Source of the DNA: Moniliella sp. 'wahieum'
Taxonomy: Eukaryota
Assembly: GCA_003971905.1 (NCBI GenBank)
Contig: RSEE01000027.1
Location: 558,001-622,000, forward strand
Reading direction: 5' to 3'
DNA: 64,000 bases
Shown: in pieces, positions 49,693 through 61,883 of the stretch
How the letters are laid out: each line of letters begins with the position of its first letter
Numbering within the stretch: the stretch's first letter is position 1
The notes under the pieces: generated by a model
Database searches by the model: none
What the model was told of the DNA's origin: nothing
The model's input: the letters and a program-made list of their open reading frames with translations, nothing else
Made by a program: the position numbers and the translations under genes

Positions 49693-50658
49693 GCTTGTCA
49701 GGCCCCTCCGCTCCCCCCCCCTTTCCCCCTTTCCACCGCGCCCATCTCTCCTTTACCATCCACACCTGCCATGTCGCTATGCGTCCATGTACCAAAACCG
49801 TGCAGAGTGCTCCTCCGTTAGCCTTGCTTGACGGCCCCCATTTCTGCATTCCGTTCGTTCTGCGAATCCACCAGCTCTCCCTATCTCGTATTGTATTGTA
49901 GTACCCTAGGCAGGCAGAGCGGCAGCTGACAGGGGGGGACGGGGACAGCCTTATCTAGATAGCTAGTAGCTGGGAATGATTCCATTCTATTCCATCCCCT
50001 TAATGAGACGCGTGAAAGAGATTGCATTGGGTGCGGGGGGCTTAGTACTTGGTGAGAAACCGAGCCAACTGTTCTGTACTCGTGCTGAAAAGCGTTCCAA
50101 TTCAGCTGAATTTTAGGCTGAACCCTCTGCTGCAGGCTGCTGGTCTTGGCCCCTTAGTACCCATCAACAACACGCCTTCCCTGGTTCGTGGTGGCAACGA
50201 AGCATGACTTGGGCACCCTCACAACCTCGTTCTGCACAAGTGAACGCGAATGAGGGGGTTGGGTTGGGTTCGGCCAGGGGGAGAGGGGGATCGCATGGCA
50301 GAGCCACGGGTGTGAAGAACCAGAGAGAGGACAGGGAAGCACGTACGTGCCTCCATACCAGGGGGAATTGGTCGATCCGATTGGATGTGCTGGAGGGGTA
50401 CTGAAGCGGGATGGCTGACGCGGAGGGCTGGCGGTTGAGTTGAACGTTCAAGTGCTGGTTGGCTGGCGTAAGCGAGTAATCCGATTGGGTGAGGGCGGGT
50501 GGCGCCAGCCAGGGGGAGCATGATGGGTGAGGGCGACCGGTGAGCCTGCGCTTGGCTTGCTTATTCGCTGGGATCTCAGTCTGAGAGCCGCTGCGGCCGT
50601 GGCCGCCATCACCGCCATCAGCAGCGCCACGACCCCCACGCCCACCGCCACCGCCACC

Positions 50659-51866
50659 ATGGCCAGCACCAACATGCCGGTACGCGGTGCGTCCCAGGCA
50701 TCCACCTCGTCCTTTAGCCTTACTTCCCAGGGGGTCTATACCCTCGCCGCGCGGTTCCACACCTTGGAACGCGTGCACCTGTCCTACTGCGAACAACTCA
50801 CCATCCCACCCATCTTTGATCTGCTTGTCTCCTTGCCGCACCTGACCCACCTAAGCCTGACTGGCATCCCTGCCTTCCGCCGTACCGACTTGCAGCAATT
50901 CTGTCGTCCGCCTCCTAAGGACTTGACCTCGGGTCAACGCGCCATCTTCTGTGTCTACTCGGGCCCGGGCATCCCCGCCCTACGAGAGTACATGAAGACC
51001 CACGTCTTCCCCGCCGGCACCGATGTCATCCTCCGTTCGCTCTCGCTCCAAGACAAAACCGAGTTCCTCGACCAAGCTATGGCCTCCACCACCATCCCCT
51101 TTGTCCCGGGCTTCCTGCAAACAGCGCGCTTGGCCACCCAACGCACGCCGCCCCGGCCAGCCCAACCTCGCCCCGGGCCTCGACTGGCCCGCCCCAGCCG
51201 AGGAAGAAGACGACGCACACGTACGCGCCGTCGAGGCGGCCCAACGCGACCAAGCCATCTACAACCCGCTCGAACGGCCCTGGTCCGCCGCACGCAGCGG
51301 CGAAACCGTCGCTGCGCCACGGGACGCGTGGACTCCGGCGCCCCGGCCCCGGCCCCTGGCCGAGCGCGATGCCGATCCCGATCCCGATGCTGATGCGGAT
51401 GCGGATGCGGATGCTGATGCTGATGCTGATGCTGATGCCGATGGCGAACGACCAGCGGCGGCAGACTGACGCGCCGCACCGCACCGCTCCTGCGTCTCCC
51501 ACGTGGGCCCAGGAAGCGGAACCTATGAACGTGGACGAAGCGCCTGGCGTGGAAGCTTCCGCTGCCTGGTCCGCCCTGGATCTACAGGTACCGGTGGCTG
51601 TGCGGACGAGTTTGGACGCGGACGAGGACGCGGCGGCAGCTGCTGCGGCGGCCTTGGGTCCGAGTGCCAGTGCTTCCCCTGATGCCGGTCCGTCCTCCGA
51701 AGGGGGCACTAAGCGCAGTGCCTCGGTCCCGCGCGCCGCGTCGCCCCCCCCGCGCAAATCGCCTCGGCGACGCGAGTCGGTGTTGGACCCGTGGGGCGGC
51801 AGGGCCGGCGCGTCGCAGGACTCGGGGGAAAGAGAGAGCCAGAGCAGGGAGGAGCAGGGGAGCTAA
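50659..51866 (+). CDS. GRR1-like LRR protein, only the terminal LRRs present (no F-box seen)
   Basis: LERVHLSYCEQLT..LTHLSLTGIPAFRRTDLQQFCRPPP..QRAIFCVYSG is the GRR1 C-terminal signature. It is followed by a low-complexity tail with a (DA)n run. Confidence 0.75.
51368..51442 (+). repeat. Coding (GATGCN)n hexamer repeat, poly-(Asp-Ala)
   Basis: Read directly. Confidence 0.85.
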
Positions 51867-52033
51867 CATTGCATGTTGGAGAGCTACGATTGGTGCATTG
51901 CGAGGGCGAGGCGGGCTACAGAACAGAACAGACAACCACGTAGCGTCGCGGGTCAACGCGCAAGCAGACGGGGAACAGAGAAGGATATGAGATACGGGCA
52001 GGAGCAGGGGCAAGCGGAGGCGCAGGCGCAGGG

Positions 52034-55000
52034 TCAGGCGGCCGCCTCGTTGGACGCCAAGTTGCGAAGGAGGAGCGCCAGCAGTTCCCCCGACACCACA
52101 TCGTTTGTCGTCCGTAGCGTCAAGCGCGCCAACTTGATTTGCGGGTTAGGTTCGAAGCGCAGCAGACAGCCCACTTTGCCCGTTTGGCTCGTGTGCAGCA
52201 CCGCTGCGCCGACCACATTGGTCGGGTTGGCATCGATCCCGTCGAGCAAGCCAAAGTGGGCGCCGGAGATGATCTTGCGCGTGCGCTCGGTATCGATCGT
52301 GCCGTCTTTGGTCAGTTTGAGGGGGAAAATGCTCTGGGCCTCGCGTGGGGCAGGACCAATTTGCCGCCAGCGCTCAAAGAATTCGTGCGAGGAGCGAAAC
52401 GGGGGCGAGGAACTTGGACAGCACAATCGGCAGCCGAACAGTGAGCTCCACCAGGGTGCCAGCCAAAAAGGAGATGTAGAGCGCCGGCACACCGTCGGCG
52501 GCATCCCCAGCGTTGAGCGAGTTGGCACTTCGGAAAGGCGCTTTGCATTCCACGTCCAAGTCCACACGCACCTGCTGTAGCGCCTCGACCGTCGTGGGCG
52601 GGATTCTGCGCAGCGACGTCTTGATAGCATCTGGTGCCGTGGTGCGAGCTGCCAAGGTGAAGGACTGCAGCGGCACGCGGACCTTGTTGCCAACAAACAG
52701 CGACACCGTGCCCGTCGCACCGGAAAACTCCGACTTGAGCCCCACTTGAATCTCAGCGTCCTCGTACAGCACACCCTCGGGCATGAAGCACAGGCGACGG
52801 AAGAGGCGGTCGTAGCCAGGCGTGATCGGGACAGTAGAGGAGGTACGGGGATTGATTCCGGTCGGCATCGGGACCAGGGGAGTCTTGGGCGTAGGGGTTA
52901 AAGCGACCAGGGGCGCAGCGGACTCCCTCCGTTCGGAAACGGAGAGTAACAAATCGTCCCCATCCTCGACGGGGGGAGAAGAGATCCGCAGCCCCGCCAG
53001 ATCGCCCATGATCTTCTCTGCGGCCTGGCTACCCTGTCGGGTTCGGCTGACCTCGTCCTGCTCCTGATACGTGTCCTGCAACGTCTCCTGCTCGTCCGAT
53101 ACACGGGGTAGCGCCCCACCATTTGCCGGGCCGCGGGCTAAGCTCTGCAATCGCATCGCGTTGCGGTCCCGGTTCGTGTCCTTCCCCCCATACACCCAGG
53201 TGCGCTTGTCCTCGCCATTCCCGCGCTGCTTCTCAAGTCGGGTGAGTAGCAATGCTTGAAAAAAAAAGTCAGTCCAGATCGTCGCAAAACACAAAAGCGC
53301 TGACATGACGTACAAAACTTTTCTGAAAAGGGAGGGATCTCATCGCACACTGCCTGGAGCAAGACGTCATCCGAGCGTGTGGCAAGCGCGTAGTACTCGC
53401 ATGCACGTTGCTGCAGCTCGGCATCGAGGGCGTGACGGAACCGGTCAAGGACAAAGAGGATCTGCTCTTTGATTTCAGGGAAAAGATTGAGCCATTTGAT
53501 GTAAGAGGGAGGAGGGCGCGAGTACGTTGGGAGGCGGAATGAGAGCGAGTATGGAGAATGTGGAACTGTTCAATGGGAGATGCCCCCTCCTGGTTGGCAA
53601 TCAGGTGGCCATATTCACCCAGCACATAGGCCCCGATCTTGATCAGGTTCTCATGGACCGAGGAGAGCTTGAGGTACTCGAGGCACTTTTTCGCCGCGTA
53701 CTCTTGTACATCTTCGTTGTTCACCACAATCTGCACCACGCGGAACCAAACTTCGTCCCCAACATTGTCCCCCGCGGAGCTGAGGAGCTGGAGGATGGTG
53801 TCAATGTACCACTCGTACTCGGTCGCATACTTTTCCGTCAAGATGGCAATCTTAAGCACCAGTTCCTCCCGCATCGCCCACTCGGCAGAGGGGAGATAGG
53901 ATAGAGTTCGCCGACAATCTGTTTCGAGTTGGACGTGTCGACCATGCTGTAGAGCAAATCCAGCGCTCGCCGACGGACACTAATGTCGCGATCTTTCAGG
54001 CCTTGGAGAATGGTGGCCTGGTGGGCTTTGATTGGTTCCAGGCTTTCTACACAAGCGGCCAAGTGGGCCATCGTGTCGAAACCGAGATAACGGACGGACG
54101 TTGGTCTCACGGCTTTGGATAAACCGGCCGAGCAGGACGGCGGCCCAGGCGACGACGCGCGAGGAGGCATCGATGTGGATCGCGAGGTTGATCGCTTCAA
54201 ACAAGATGGCACGTTGGGCATTGTTCTTTTGGATGTTGCGACTGGATTCCTGGGAGGACTGGACAATCGCCTCGAGCACCTCATTGATCGTCGCATTCAC
54301 TGCGTCGTCTTCGCTGGGGGGTAGTACTGCAGCAGACGAAGACATTTGACTTGCAGCCACGGCACAGGCACACGGTAATAGACAAACTCGTTGGTGTACT
54401 CGCCCAAGAGAACATCTTGGCCAAACGATTGACAGCTTTTGGTAGCTCAGCACAAACGCATCGGGATGTCTTGGGCCAGGGCGAGGACGAGGGTAGTGAC
54501 GGCCAGCGCGACCGACAAGTTTTCATGATCCATCGTTGCCACGATCCGAGCGGCCCAGTCGTCGACAGGGAAAATGGCGGGATGCTTGCGATAGAGACGA
54601 AGCAAGGTGAGCGCGGCCTTTTTCTTGACAAAGCTGCGCGACGTGGGGGAGAGCAGACGGTAGACGTCTTCCATCAATGTCTCAGCCATCTCTTCCCCGC
54701 CCATATTGGCGATCGCATGAAGGGCAAGGCAGTTGTTGACCTCGTCCATGTCGTCCAGGTCCTTGCGGATCGAGTTGACAACCAAGCGGGCCAGGTCGGA
54801 GGATTCGTTAAAGAGCAACGTGATGGCCAAGTAGCCAATCTGCTTTTCGCTGTACTTGGTGCTTGCCAGCAGACTGATCGCCTCCATGTGGCCAATGTCG
54901 ACGGGATAGCCGAGGATGTAGGTAAATGCAATCTTGGCAATGTACTTCTTCTTGTCGTAGCCGGCCAGATGACCGTCGCGGAACTTGGTCCGGATCTTGG

Positions 55001-55108
55001 CCATCTCCGTGTTGATTCGCTTCTCCTCCATCTCGCGCACGCGGGCCTGACGCAGGTCGGCAATGTACTGCGTCAGGCCCTTCATCTGCGACCCGCTTTG
55101 GTCGCCAT
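52034..55108 (-). CDS. APL3: AP-2 complex alpha-adaptin (intron 53255-53313)
   Basis: MKGLTQYIADLR..EEKRINTEMAKIR, YSEKQIGYLA, MREELVLKIAILTEKYA, ear domain (EGVLYED..GLKSEF) and KVGCLLRFEPN. Confidence 0.96.
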
Positions 55109-55375
55109 CGCCAAGGACGCCAAGGACGGGCACAGTCACAGCGGCAGCGAGCAAGAGGGGGCGGGGGGAGTGGAGGACGGAGGGGGGGTGGGGTGGCCTC
55201 GCCTCGCCTCGCCGCCTCGCCCAGCAGCCCCACCTGGCCCGCCGGCGCAGCCAGCCGCCCCGCTGTTCCGCCCCGCCCATTCCGCCCTCGCCCAACCCGC
55301 CGCGCCCTTCCTCCCCCATCGCGTGGCGACGGCCGCGCCCTTCCCCCCCCCCACCCCTACCACCACCACCATACC

Positions 55376-55712
55376 ATGGCATTTACGCCGCTCACGCCCA
55401 AGCCCTTCCTGGCGCAGATGGGGGCAAGAAGGTGGTCGTGAAGCTCAAGTGGGGCCTCGAGTACAGCGGTACTTGGTCAGCACCGACAGCTACAGAACGT
55501 CCAAGTGCGTCCTCCTGCTTTTCGTTTCTTTTTTTTTGCTTTTGGTTGGCCAGCGGCCGTAGGGCCCCCGCGCTAACTGTTCTCCCGCTCGCTACCAGTT
55601 GACCAACACGGAGGAGATCCAGGACGGAGTGTCGAACGGCATGCTGGGGGAGGTGTTTGTGCGCTGCAACAATGTACTCTACTTCCGCGAAGTGGAGGAG
55701 CCAGAAGCATAA
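55376..55712 (+). CDS. SMX3: snRNP core protein SmF (intron 55505-55598; one frameshift)
   Basis: Manual translation: [72 protein letters not shown]. The intron has GTGCGT..GCTAAC..CAG. Confidence 0.93.
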
Positions 55713-55883
55713 CCCACCCCATGCCAATTCTACGGTTCCTGCACGCTATCAACATGGGACAATCGGGGAAACAAGTGTAGAACCTAGGTCAGAACAGGTG
55801 GTCCGGGGCAAGGGGGAAGGAGGAAGGGAGGAAGGAGAAAGGGAGGAAGGAGAAAGGGAGGAAGGGAGGAAGGGAAGCAGGCG

Positions 55884-56743
55884 TTAGGCCGCCTCCTCGG
55901 CCGCGCGGGTTCGGCCGCCGGCGCGTCGGCCGCCGGCTCAGGCGGCTTGGTCTCGGCCTCCTGCATGTCGGACGTCCAGAGGGTCAAGTTATCGCGGAGC
56001 AACTGCATAATCAGCGTCGAGTCCTTGTACGATTCCTCCGACAGCGTGTCCAGCTCGGCAATCGCATCGTCAAACGCCTGCTTGGCCAGGTGGCAGGCGC
56101 GGTCGGGCGAGTTGAGAATCTCATAGTAAAACACGGAGAAGTTGAGTGCCAGGCCGAGGCGGATGGGGTGGGTGGGCGCCAGGTCGGCCGTGGCGACCTC
56201 CGAAGCTTTCTGGTACGCCTCGAGCGACTGGTTGGCGCTCTCCTCGCGCGTCGTGCCCGTAGCAAACTCGGCGAGGTAGCGGTGGTAGTCGCCCTTCATC
56301 TTGTAGTAGAACACCTTGCTCTCTCCCGACACAGCCGAGGGAATGAGGTGCGTGTCAAGCACCGAGAGGATGTCCTGGCAGATCTTGGCCAGCTCAGCCT
56401 CAATCTTTTCGCGGTACGTCTTGACCAGGCCGACCTGGGGCGCATGGCCCTTGCTTTCCTCCTTCTGCTCGATGGAGGACACGATGCGCCACGACGCACG
56501 CCGAGCACCAATCACGTTCTTGTACGCAACCGAGAGCAGGTTGCGCTCTTCGACCGTCAGCTCCCCCCAGTCGAGGCAACAAGCTTCATGTGCTCCACCA
56601 TTTCTGGTCAGGGCGGAGAAGGGGGGGGGGGATCAGCGCTCCGCGGGGGGGAGAAGACAGCAAGGGAGGGACACACCGTCGTACCGCTCAGCCTGCTCGG
56701 CGAGCTTGGCAAGGTAGACATTGTCCTCACGCGGGGCAGACAT
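55884..56743 (-). CDS. BMH1: 14-3-3 protein (intron 56604-56676)
   Basis: [58 protein letters not shown] and [18 protein letters not shown]. Confidence 0.97.
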
Positions 56744-57606
56744 GGCGAAGGCAGGGGGGCAGGCGGGAGGGTGGTGGCGGGGGCTATCGGGCAGCGGGCG
56801 AGGCGAGGCGGAGGGCACGCAAGGGCGAGGGACTAGGCAGGCGAGGCACGCCGTGGCGCACGGCGCGGCAGGCGCGCATGGGCCAGAGCGGCAGTGTGGG
56901 CGGCGCTGGGCAACCCTAGCGGGCGTCTCCGTACTGCGTCCTCAGTCCACCTCGGGTGCTCGTCTGCCTGGGCGCGGACACTGGCGCCGGGCGGCGGGAG
57001 GCGGTAGGGTTGCTGCTGGATCCGCGGCGCGTGGCGAGGCGCGCTGGCAGTGGGCTAACGCTAACAACGCTTAGCCCAGCTGAGACGCGTGACGCCGCCA
57101 ACGGAGACGATCGATTATCTTTCGCCATCATCCGTCCCATTGTCAGCCCCTGACGCCTTACGCCTGACGCCTCCCACGCCGCTCGCTGGCCACTGTGAGC
57201 CGACAGACGATACATACCATCCCTCGACCCAGTGTCCAAGCTCAGCCATTGCTATTCACCGTCCCAGTGGCGCCCAGAACGTACCGTGTGCCGAGCGTGC
57301 TGAGACCCCCGACGCCCTCTACGTGGCAGCGGCAATCGCAATACTGAAGCTGAAGCCCCAGCCCAAGCAGACGCACAGGCAGACGCACAAGCACAAGCAC
57401 AAGAATTACAAGCATGGGATTGAACCAATAACACGGAAGGTAGCGCCAGCTCAGCTTAGGTAGCGCGTAGCCACAGTAGCTAATAGCTAGTAACTTCCCA
57501 CAAGCGAAGCGTCAAGGAAAAAATGCGAATGAAGATCATGCAGAGTCGTGCGCAGGACCCGAGGTTCCAACCAAGCAGTGGGTGATGAGTGGCGTGGCCT
57601 AACGGC

Positions 57607-57664
57607 CCTGAGGCTCCGGCCTGAGGCTCCGGCCTGAGGCCAGGCCTGAGGCCAGGCCTGAGGC
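57607..57664. repeat. CCTGAGGC x5 array (12-13 bp period)
   Basis: Copies start at 57607, 57620, 57633, 57645 and 57657. Confidence 0.85.
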
Positions 57665-57731
57665 GCCTCAACGCCTCAAAGTTCCTCAAGGACAGGGCGT
57701 TTGCCCCCCCCCCTCTTTCCTGGTCAAGGCA

Positions 57732-58655
57732 TCAAGCGTCCTGGTGTTGATTTTTGAGGTGGCGGAGCAGGCTGTCGATACGGGAGAGAGAGAGGCCGCA
57801 GACGGTGCACACGAACCGGCCGTTCGAGGCGCGCGGCGAAGAAGCGGTAGATACCGAGCTGGACTGGGACGGACTAGTGAGCGCAGGAAGACCCAATGGA
57901 CCCAGACCAATGTTGCCCCCCGCCGCCTGGACCTGGGTGGGATGTTTGCGCTTCATGTGCCGCGTCAGGCTGTCCATTCGGCTCACCGTGATCCCACAAA
58001 AGACACACGCAAACGTGCCCTTGGCCCGAGCCCGCCCACCCGCCGAGGCAGCATCGACAGTGGTACGCGCCGCCGAGCGCCGCGGGGCGCGCCGAATGGG
58101 GCCAGCGGGGTCCGGCAACGCGGCGGCGGGAGCCACCAAGGAGGGTACATGCATGGCTGGCACATCCATCGCTTGACTGGTTGGACCGGTTGAAATAGCG
58201 CCCCCAGAGAGCGAATTCCAGTAGCTTGGATCGTCAAAGTAGCCGCCCAGCCATTGCAGGGTAGTTGTCGCTGGCTGTTGCTGCTCCTGTGGCGGCGGTG
58301 GCGGCGGGGCCGGGTGCGTCGATGGCAGCGGCTCTGCAAAGGGGGTGGTCTGCTGTGGGGCAAACGCAAGTGAGGAAAGCGGGAGGCGGTCGGTCGGAGG
58401 GGGCTTCGGTGGTGCGAGGGAGATGGAGAGGGTGGGTAAGCTTGCGCTGCAGTCGAGCGGGGAGGAGGAGGAAAGGGGTGGCTCGGATGCTTTGTGCACC
58501 AACGACGGAGGGTCGGGATCACACGAGTAGGCGGCCCGGAGCGCGTCTGCGGCCAGGGCTGCTTCAGCGGCCGAGGGGGGGGCGACGGTCGTCCTCGGGT
58601 CCAAGAAGGACGTAGCAGACGGCGGCGCGGCCGGCGATGGTAAGGTGGTGAACAT
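57732..58655 (-). CDS. C2H2 zinc-finger protein, two fingers (probable 5'UTR intron 58668-58738)
   Basis: FACVFCGITVSRMDSLTRHMKRKH and FVCTVCGLSLSRIDSLLRHLKNQH in an intact 307-aa ORF. Confidence 0.88.
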   Translation of the reverse strand: MFTTLPSPAAPPSATSFLDPRTTVAPPSAAEAALAADALRAAYSCDPDPPSLVHKASEPPLSSSSPLDCSASLPTLSISLAPPKPPPTDRLPLSSLAFAPQQTTPFAEPLPSTHPAPPPPPPQEQQQPATTTLQWLGGYFDDPSYWNSLSGGAISTGPTSQAMDVPAMHVPSLVAPAAALPDPAGPIRRAPRRSAARTTVDAASAGGRARAKGTFACVFCGITVSRMDSLTRHMKRKHPTQVQAAGGNIGLGPLGLPALTSPSQSSSVSTASSPRASNGRFVCTVCGLSLSRIDSLLRHLKNQHQDA

Positions 58656-59620
58656 GAAGGCCCTTTACTGTGGCGGCGGGGCAGCGGTTAGCAGCAAGCG
58701 CCTCGGATGTAGGGGCGGGGGCGCAGGGGGCGACGTACGGTCGGCACACACGGGGTCAAGCTGGAGGGCAAGGCAGGGAGGGAGGAGGAGGGGTGGGGTG
58801 GTGGGCGGGGCGGTCGGGACCAAGGTCGGCCAGGCGGGGTGCGTCGGCGGCCCGCTGGGTTCGATGAGCGGAGAGGCTGGGCCAACCCGAACGCTCAATT
58901 TATTAGCGAACGGATTACCGGATTAGCCAGCGATTGTGCATTGCCGAGCCCCAGGCGCGGAGCAGCGCAGCTGTGATGGCGCATATCACATCCGCGCGCA
59001 CAAGCCCACCAGCAACTGGACGTGCCTCCCCATCCACTATCCACCCCAGCGCTTTGCCCCAGCCCAGCCCACGCCAGGTGACCGCAGCAGCACCACCCCC
59101 GCTCCTCTGCCCTCTTCCTGCGCCCTCCATTGGCCGTGGCGATCGGGCCTGTGCAGTCGGCTACGCCCGAGTCCCCCCACTTCGGTAGCACCTCGATCGG
59201 CGATGAATGAAGCGGTATAGACTCCCCCAGCCGGGACGGCCAATTAGGACAGCCACAGCCTCCAAGCACGCAGGCCTTTGGCCTTGCCTCTTACTACCCC
59301 GTTGGGTGCGGCTGCCGTGGGACCCCCAGTTAGTTTCCTAAGCGAGACCTTCCCTCTCAGTGCATTTCGCACGTGGCTGAGCTGTGGGAACCTCAGCGCA
59401 ATGTCACTACTCTTCCTTGTCGCCTCTACCTGAGCTCTCCCACCTCTTCTGCCCAAGAGGGTAAAACGCTGGACCACGCTAATAATAATATAGTAAGTAG
59501 AACGCACAGCGTGGCGCACAAGGTAAAAAAAACGGAGAGCGTCATTTGCTGTGTTGAATACGTTGAATACAGAGTCGCACAATCGATATATCTACACGTT
59601 GCCCCCCCTCGTTATGCCTC

Positions 59621-61883
59621 TCATCCCAGCCTCGCCGCCTTGCTACGAGGGAAAGGGCCATTGAGCAGGAACGCAACACTGGACCGATGTTCCTCCACCT
59701 TCCTCTCCGGGGAGATGGGAGCAGGTGGGGGCGCACAGCGTGCCGTCCCGCCGCCCTCGGGCTCCGGCTCAACAAGGTGGTAGGAAGCCAGGGTGAACTG
59801 GACCGAGCCCGACTCGTCCCGTGCAGGCCAGGGGGGCAAGTCGCGCTGCTCTGAGACCGAGTGCTTCCCGATCGGCACAGGCGCACGGTCCTGGTCCTGG
59901 CCGTGGCGCGCCTGCAAAAAACTCGCCGAGCATAATGGAATTGCGTCGGGTCAAGTCGGGTGCAAAGGCGTGCGGTCCGGCGCGCTTGGACGGTCGCTTG
60001 ACCGAGCCTTTCCTTCGCCCGCGGCTGGTAGAGGTCTTGGCGTGCGCGGCGGCAGCGGGGCGCGCCGCCGCTCCGAAACAAAGTCCGGATCCGTAAACGT
60101 CGGCGCGGTACGCCATCGGAACAGCGTCAGAGGGACCTGCCCAGATGGGGCAGCGGGCGGTGGCGATGTGGCTCGGGAGCCAGAGCCGGAGCAGGTCCGC
60201 CAGGCGCACCCCGCCGCGGTCAAGCGGGACCACTTGTTTGCACTCCTTCCACCACGGCAGCGCGCTGGGCGGCACCCCAAAGTAGACTGGGTCGAAAAGA
60301 GGACGAGACCGGGGCCGGCGAGCAACGGCGAAGTGAGCCGCAACTCGCTCAAACTGTCTCCTGGAGAAGAGAGACGAGGTGGTTGGCCAACGGCCGTGCC
60401 AAGTCGTCTCGACCGTCGTGAAGGAGGTGGACAAGGTGGGCGGTCTGTCCCAACAGGTAGTCAAAGTAAAAGCATGCCTCTTCCCGAGACAGCGGGGTCT
60501 GCTCACAATACGCCTGCTCGAGGATCCCTCGGACCTGAGCCAACTGCGCCTTGCTCGGGTCGCGCCACGCTGCCGGCAGCGCCTCCGCCACGCCTGATAG
60601 GTTGCTTCTGCTTGCGCACGTCCTCCGCGAGCCATCATCGTAGCCCCGGCAAACGCTGCGGCGCCCATTTGAAGCGCGATTAACCGCTGTCTCCTCCATT
60701 GGCAAAGAGGAAAGAGCGGTCGAGAAAGTGCAGAGGAACGTAGGCGTACAGCGACGCGCTGACCAAGGTGCCCACCAAGCTGATCCCCAACGTTCGGCGA
60801 AGGGTATGGGTGCAGGGCCCTTCTTCTTGCGGGGTGAAGTGAAGACGGCGCTGAGTGCGGGCGAGCGCAACCTGACAGCGTTTGCCGTCCCGTCTCGCCC
60901 ATGGAGAGGTAATATTGCGAGAGAAGGACATGTGCACACGCAGCCAGCAGTTCCTCCTCGGAACTCGGCACACCGCCTCGGTCATTCTGCAGTTGCGACG
61001 CGCATATTCGGCCCAGTGGTGGCCCATTACGCCCAGCTGATACGACGTGTCCTCGTGCCACCGAGGAAGCGCCATGTCCTTGTCTGACCCGGCGGAAACC
61101 GGATGGGCAAACGGTTGCAACTTGCCAGCCGTGACGAGATTCGTCTCGAGCACAGCGGCCAGGGCCAAGACGGCGTACTTGGTCGCGACTTGCGTCCCTG
61201 TTTGCATCTTGGGAGGGGGGAGCGAATCGATCCGGCTGCGCGGCACAGCCAAGGAGAGAGGGAACGCGTAGCGCTGGTAAATGGTGAGCAGATGCGCTTG
61301 GTGCTCAGGGCCGACGGCAGGTTTGCTCCATCGCCAGCACCGGCGGCACCGCCATCTCTTCGGTCCGCATCAGGGTCGCATCGTACGTCTCGTCGAATGG
61401 TTCAGACTAGTTCACAACAGCACGGGTCACAGTCAGCCATGGTTGGGATGTGCACCATCAGGGGCGTGTGGGGGAGGGGGGGGGGTGGGGGGGGGTAAGT
61501 GGTAGAGAGGTAGACGTACTTGTATCGACAGACAGAATGGCTCCCCTGTCCTGGCAGTTGAGCAGGGCATGCCGCCATCACAACCGCGCTTGCGCCCGGC
61601 AGGGATGGCATGCCAGCGTGGCGCGCTTCTGCTTGTTGCAGCGCTGGGAATCCGGCGGAACGTCATCCTCGTGTTGGGAAAGATCGGCTGGGGTGCCTGG
61701 GAGGAGGTCGGAGGCTTCGGACCGGCCCTCCTCGTGCTCGTGCTCATGCTCGTGCTCGTGCGGATGATGGTGAAGGTGGGGGAGGTGCTCGGGCTCGGGC
61801 GAAGGTCTTCCGGGCGCGGACGCTTGAGGGAGCGGAGGGCAAGGCGTGAGCAAGGTGGAAGAGCCCGCGCTGGATATGGACAT
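59621..61883 (-). CDS. Zn2Cys6 fungal transcription factor (frameshifted; boundaries approximate)
   Basis: KRATLACHPCR..CDGGMPCSTC..VC across frameshifts at ~61520-61630, a GTACGT donor right after it, downstream helical ORFs, and a VAFLLN motif near the 59621 stop. Confidence 0.7.
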
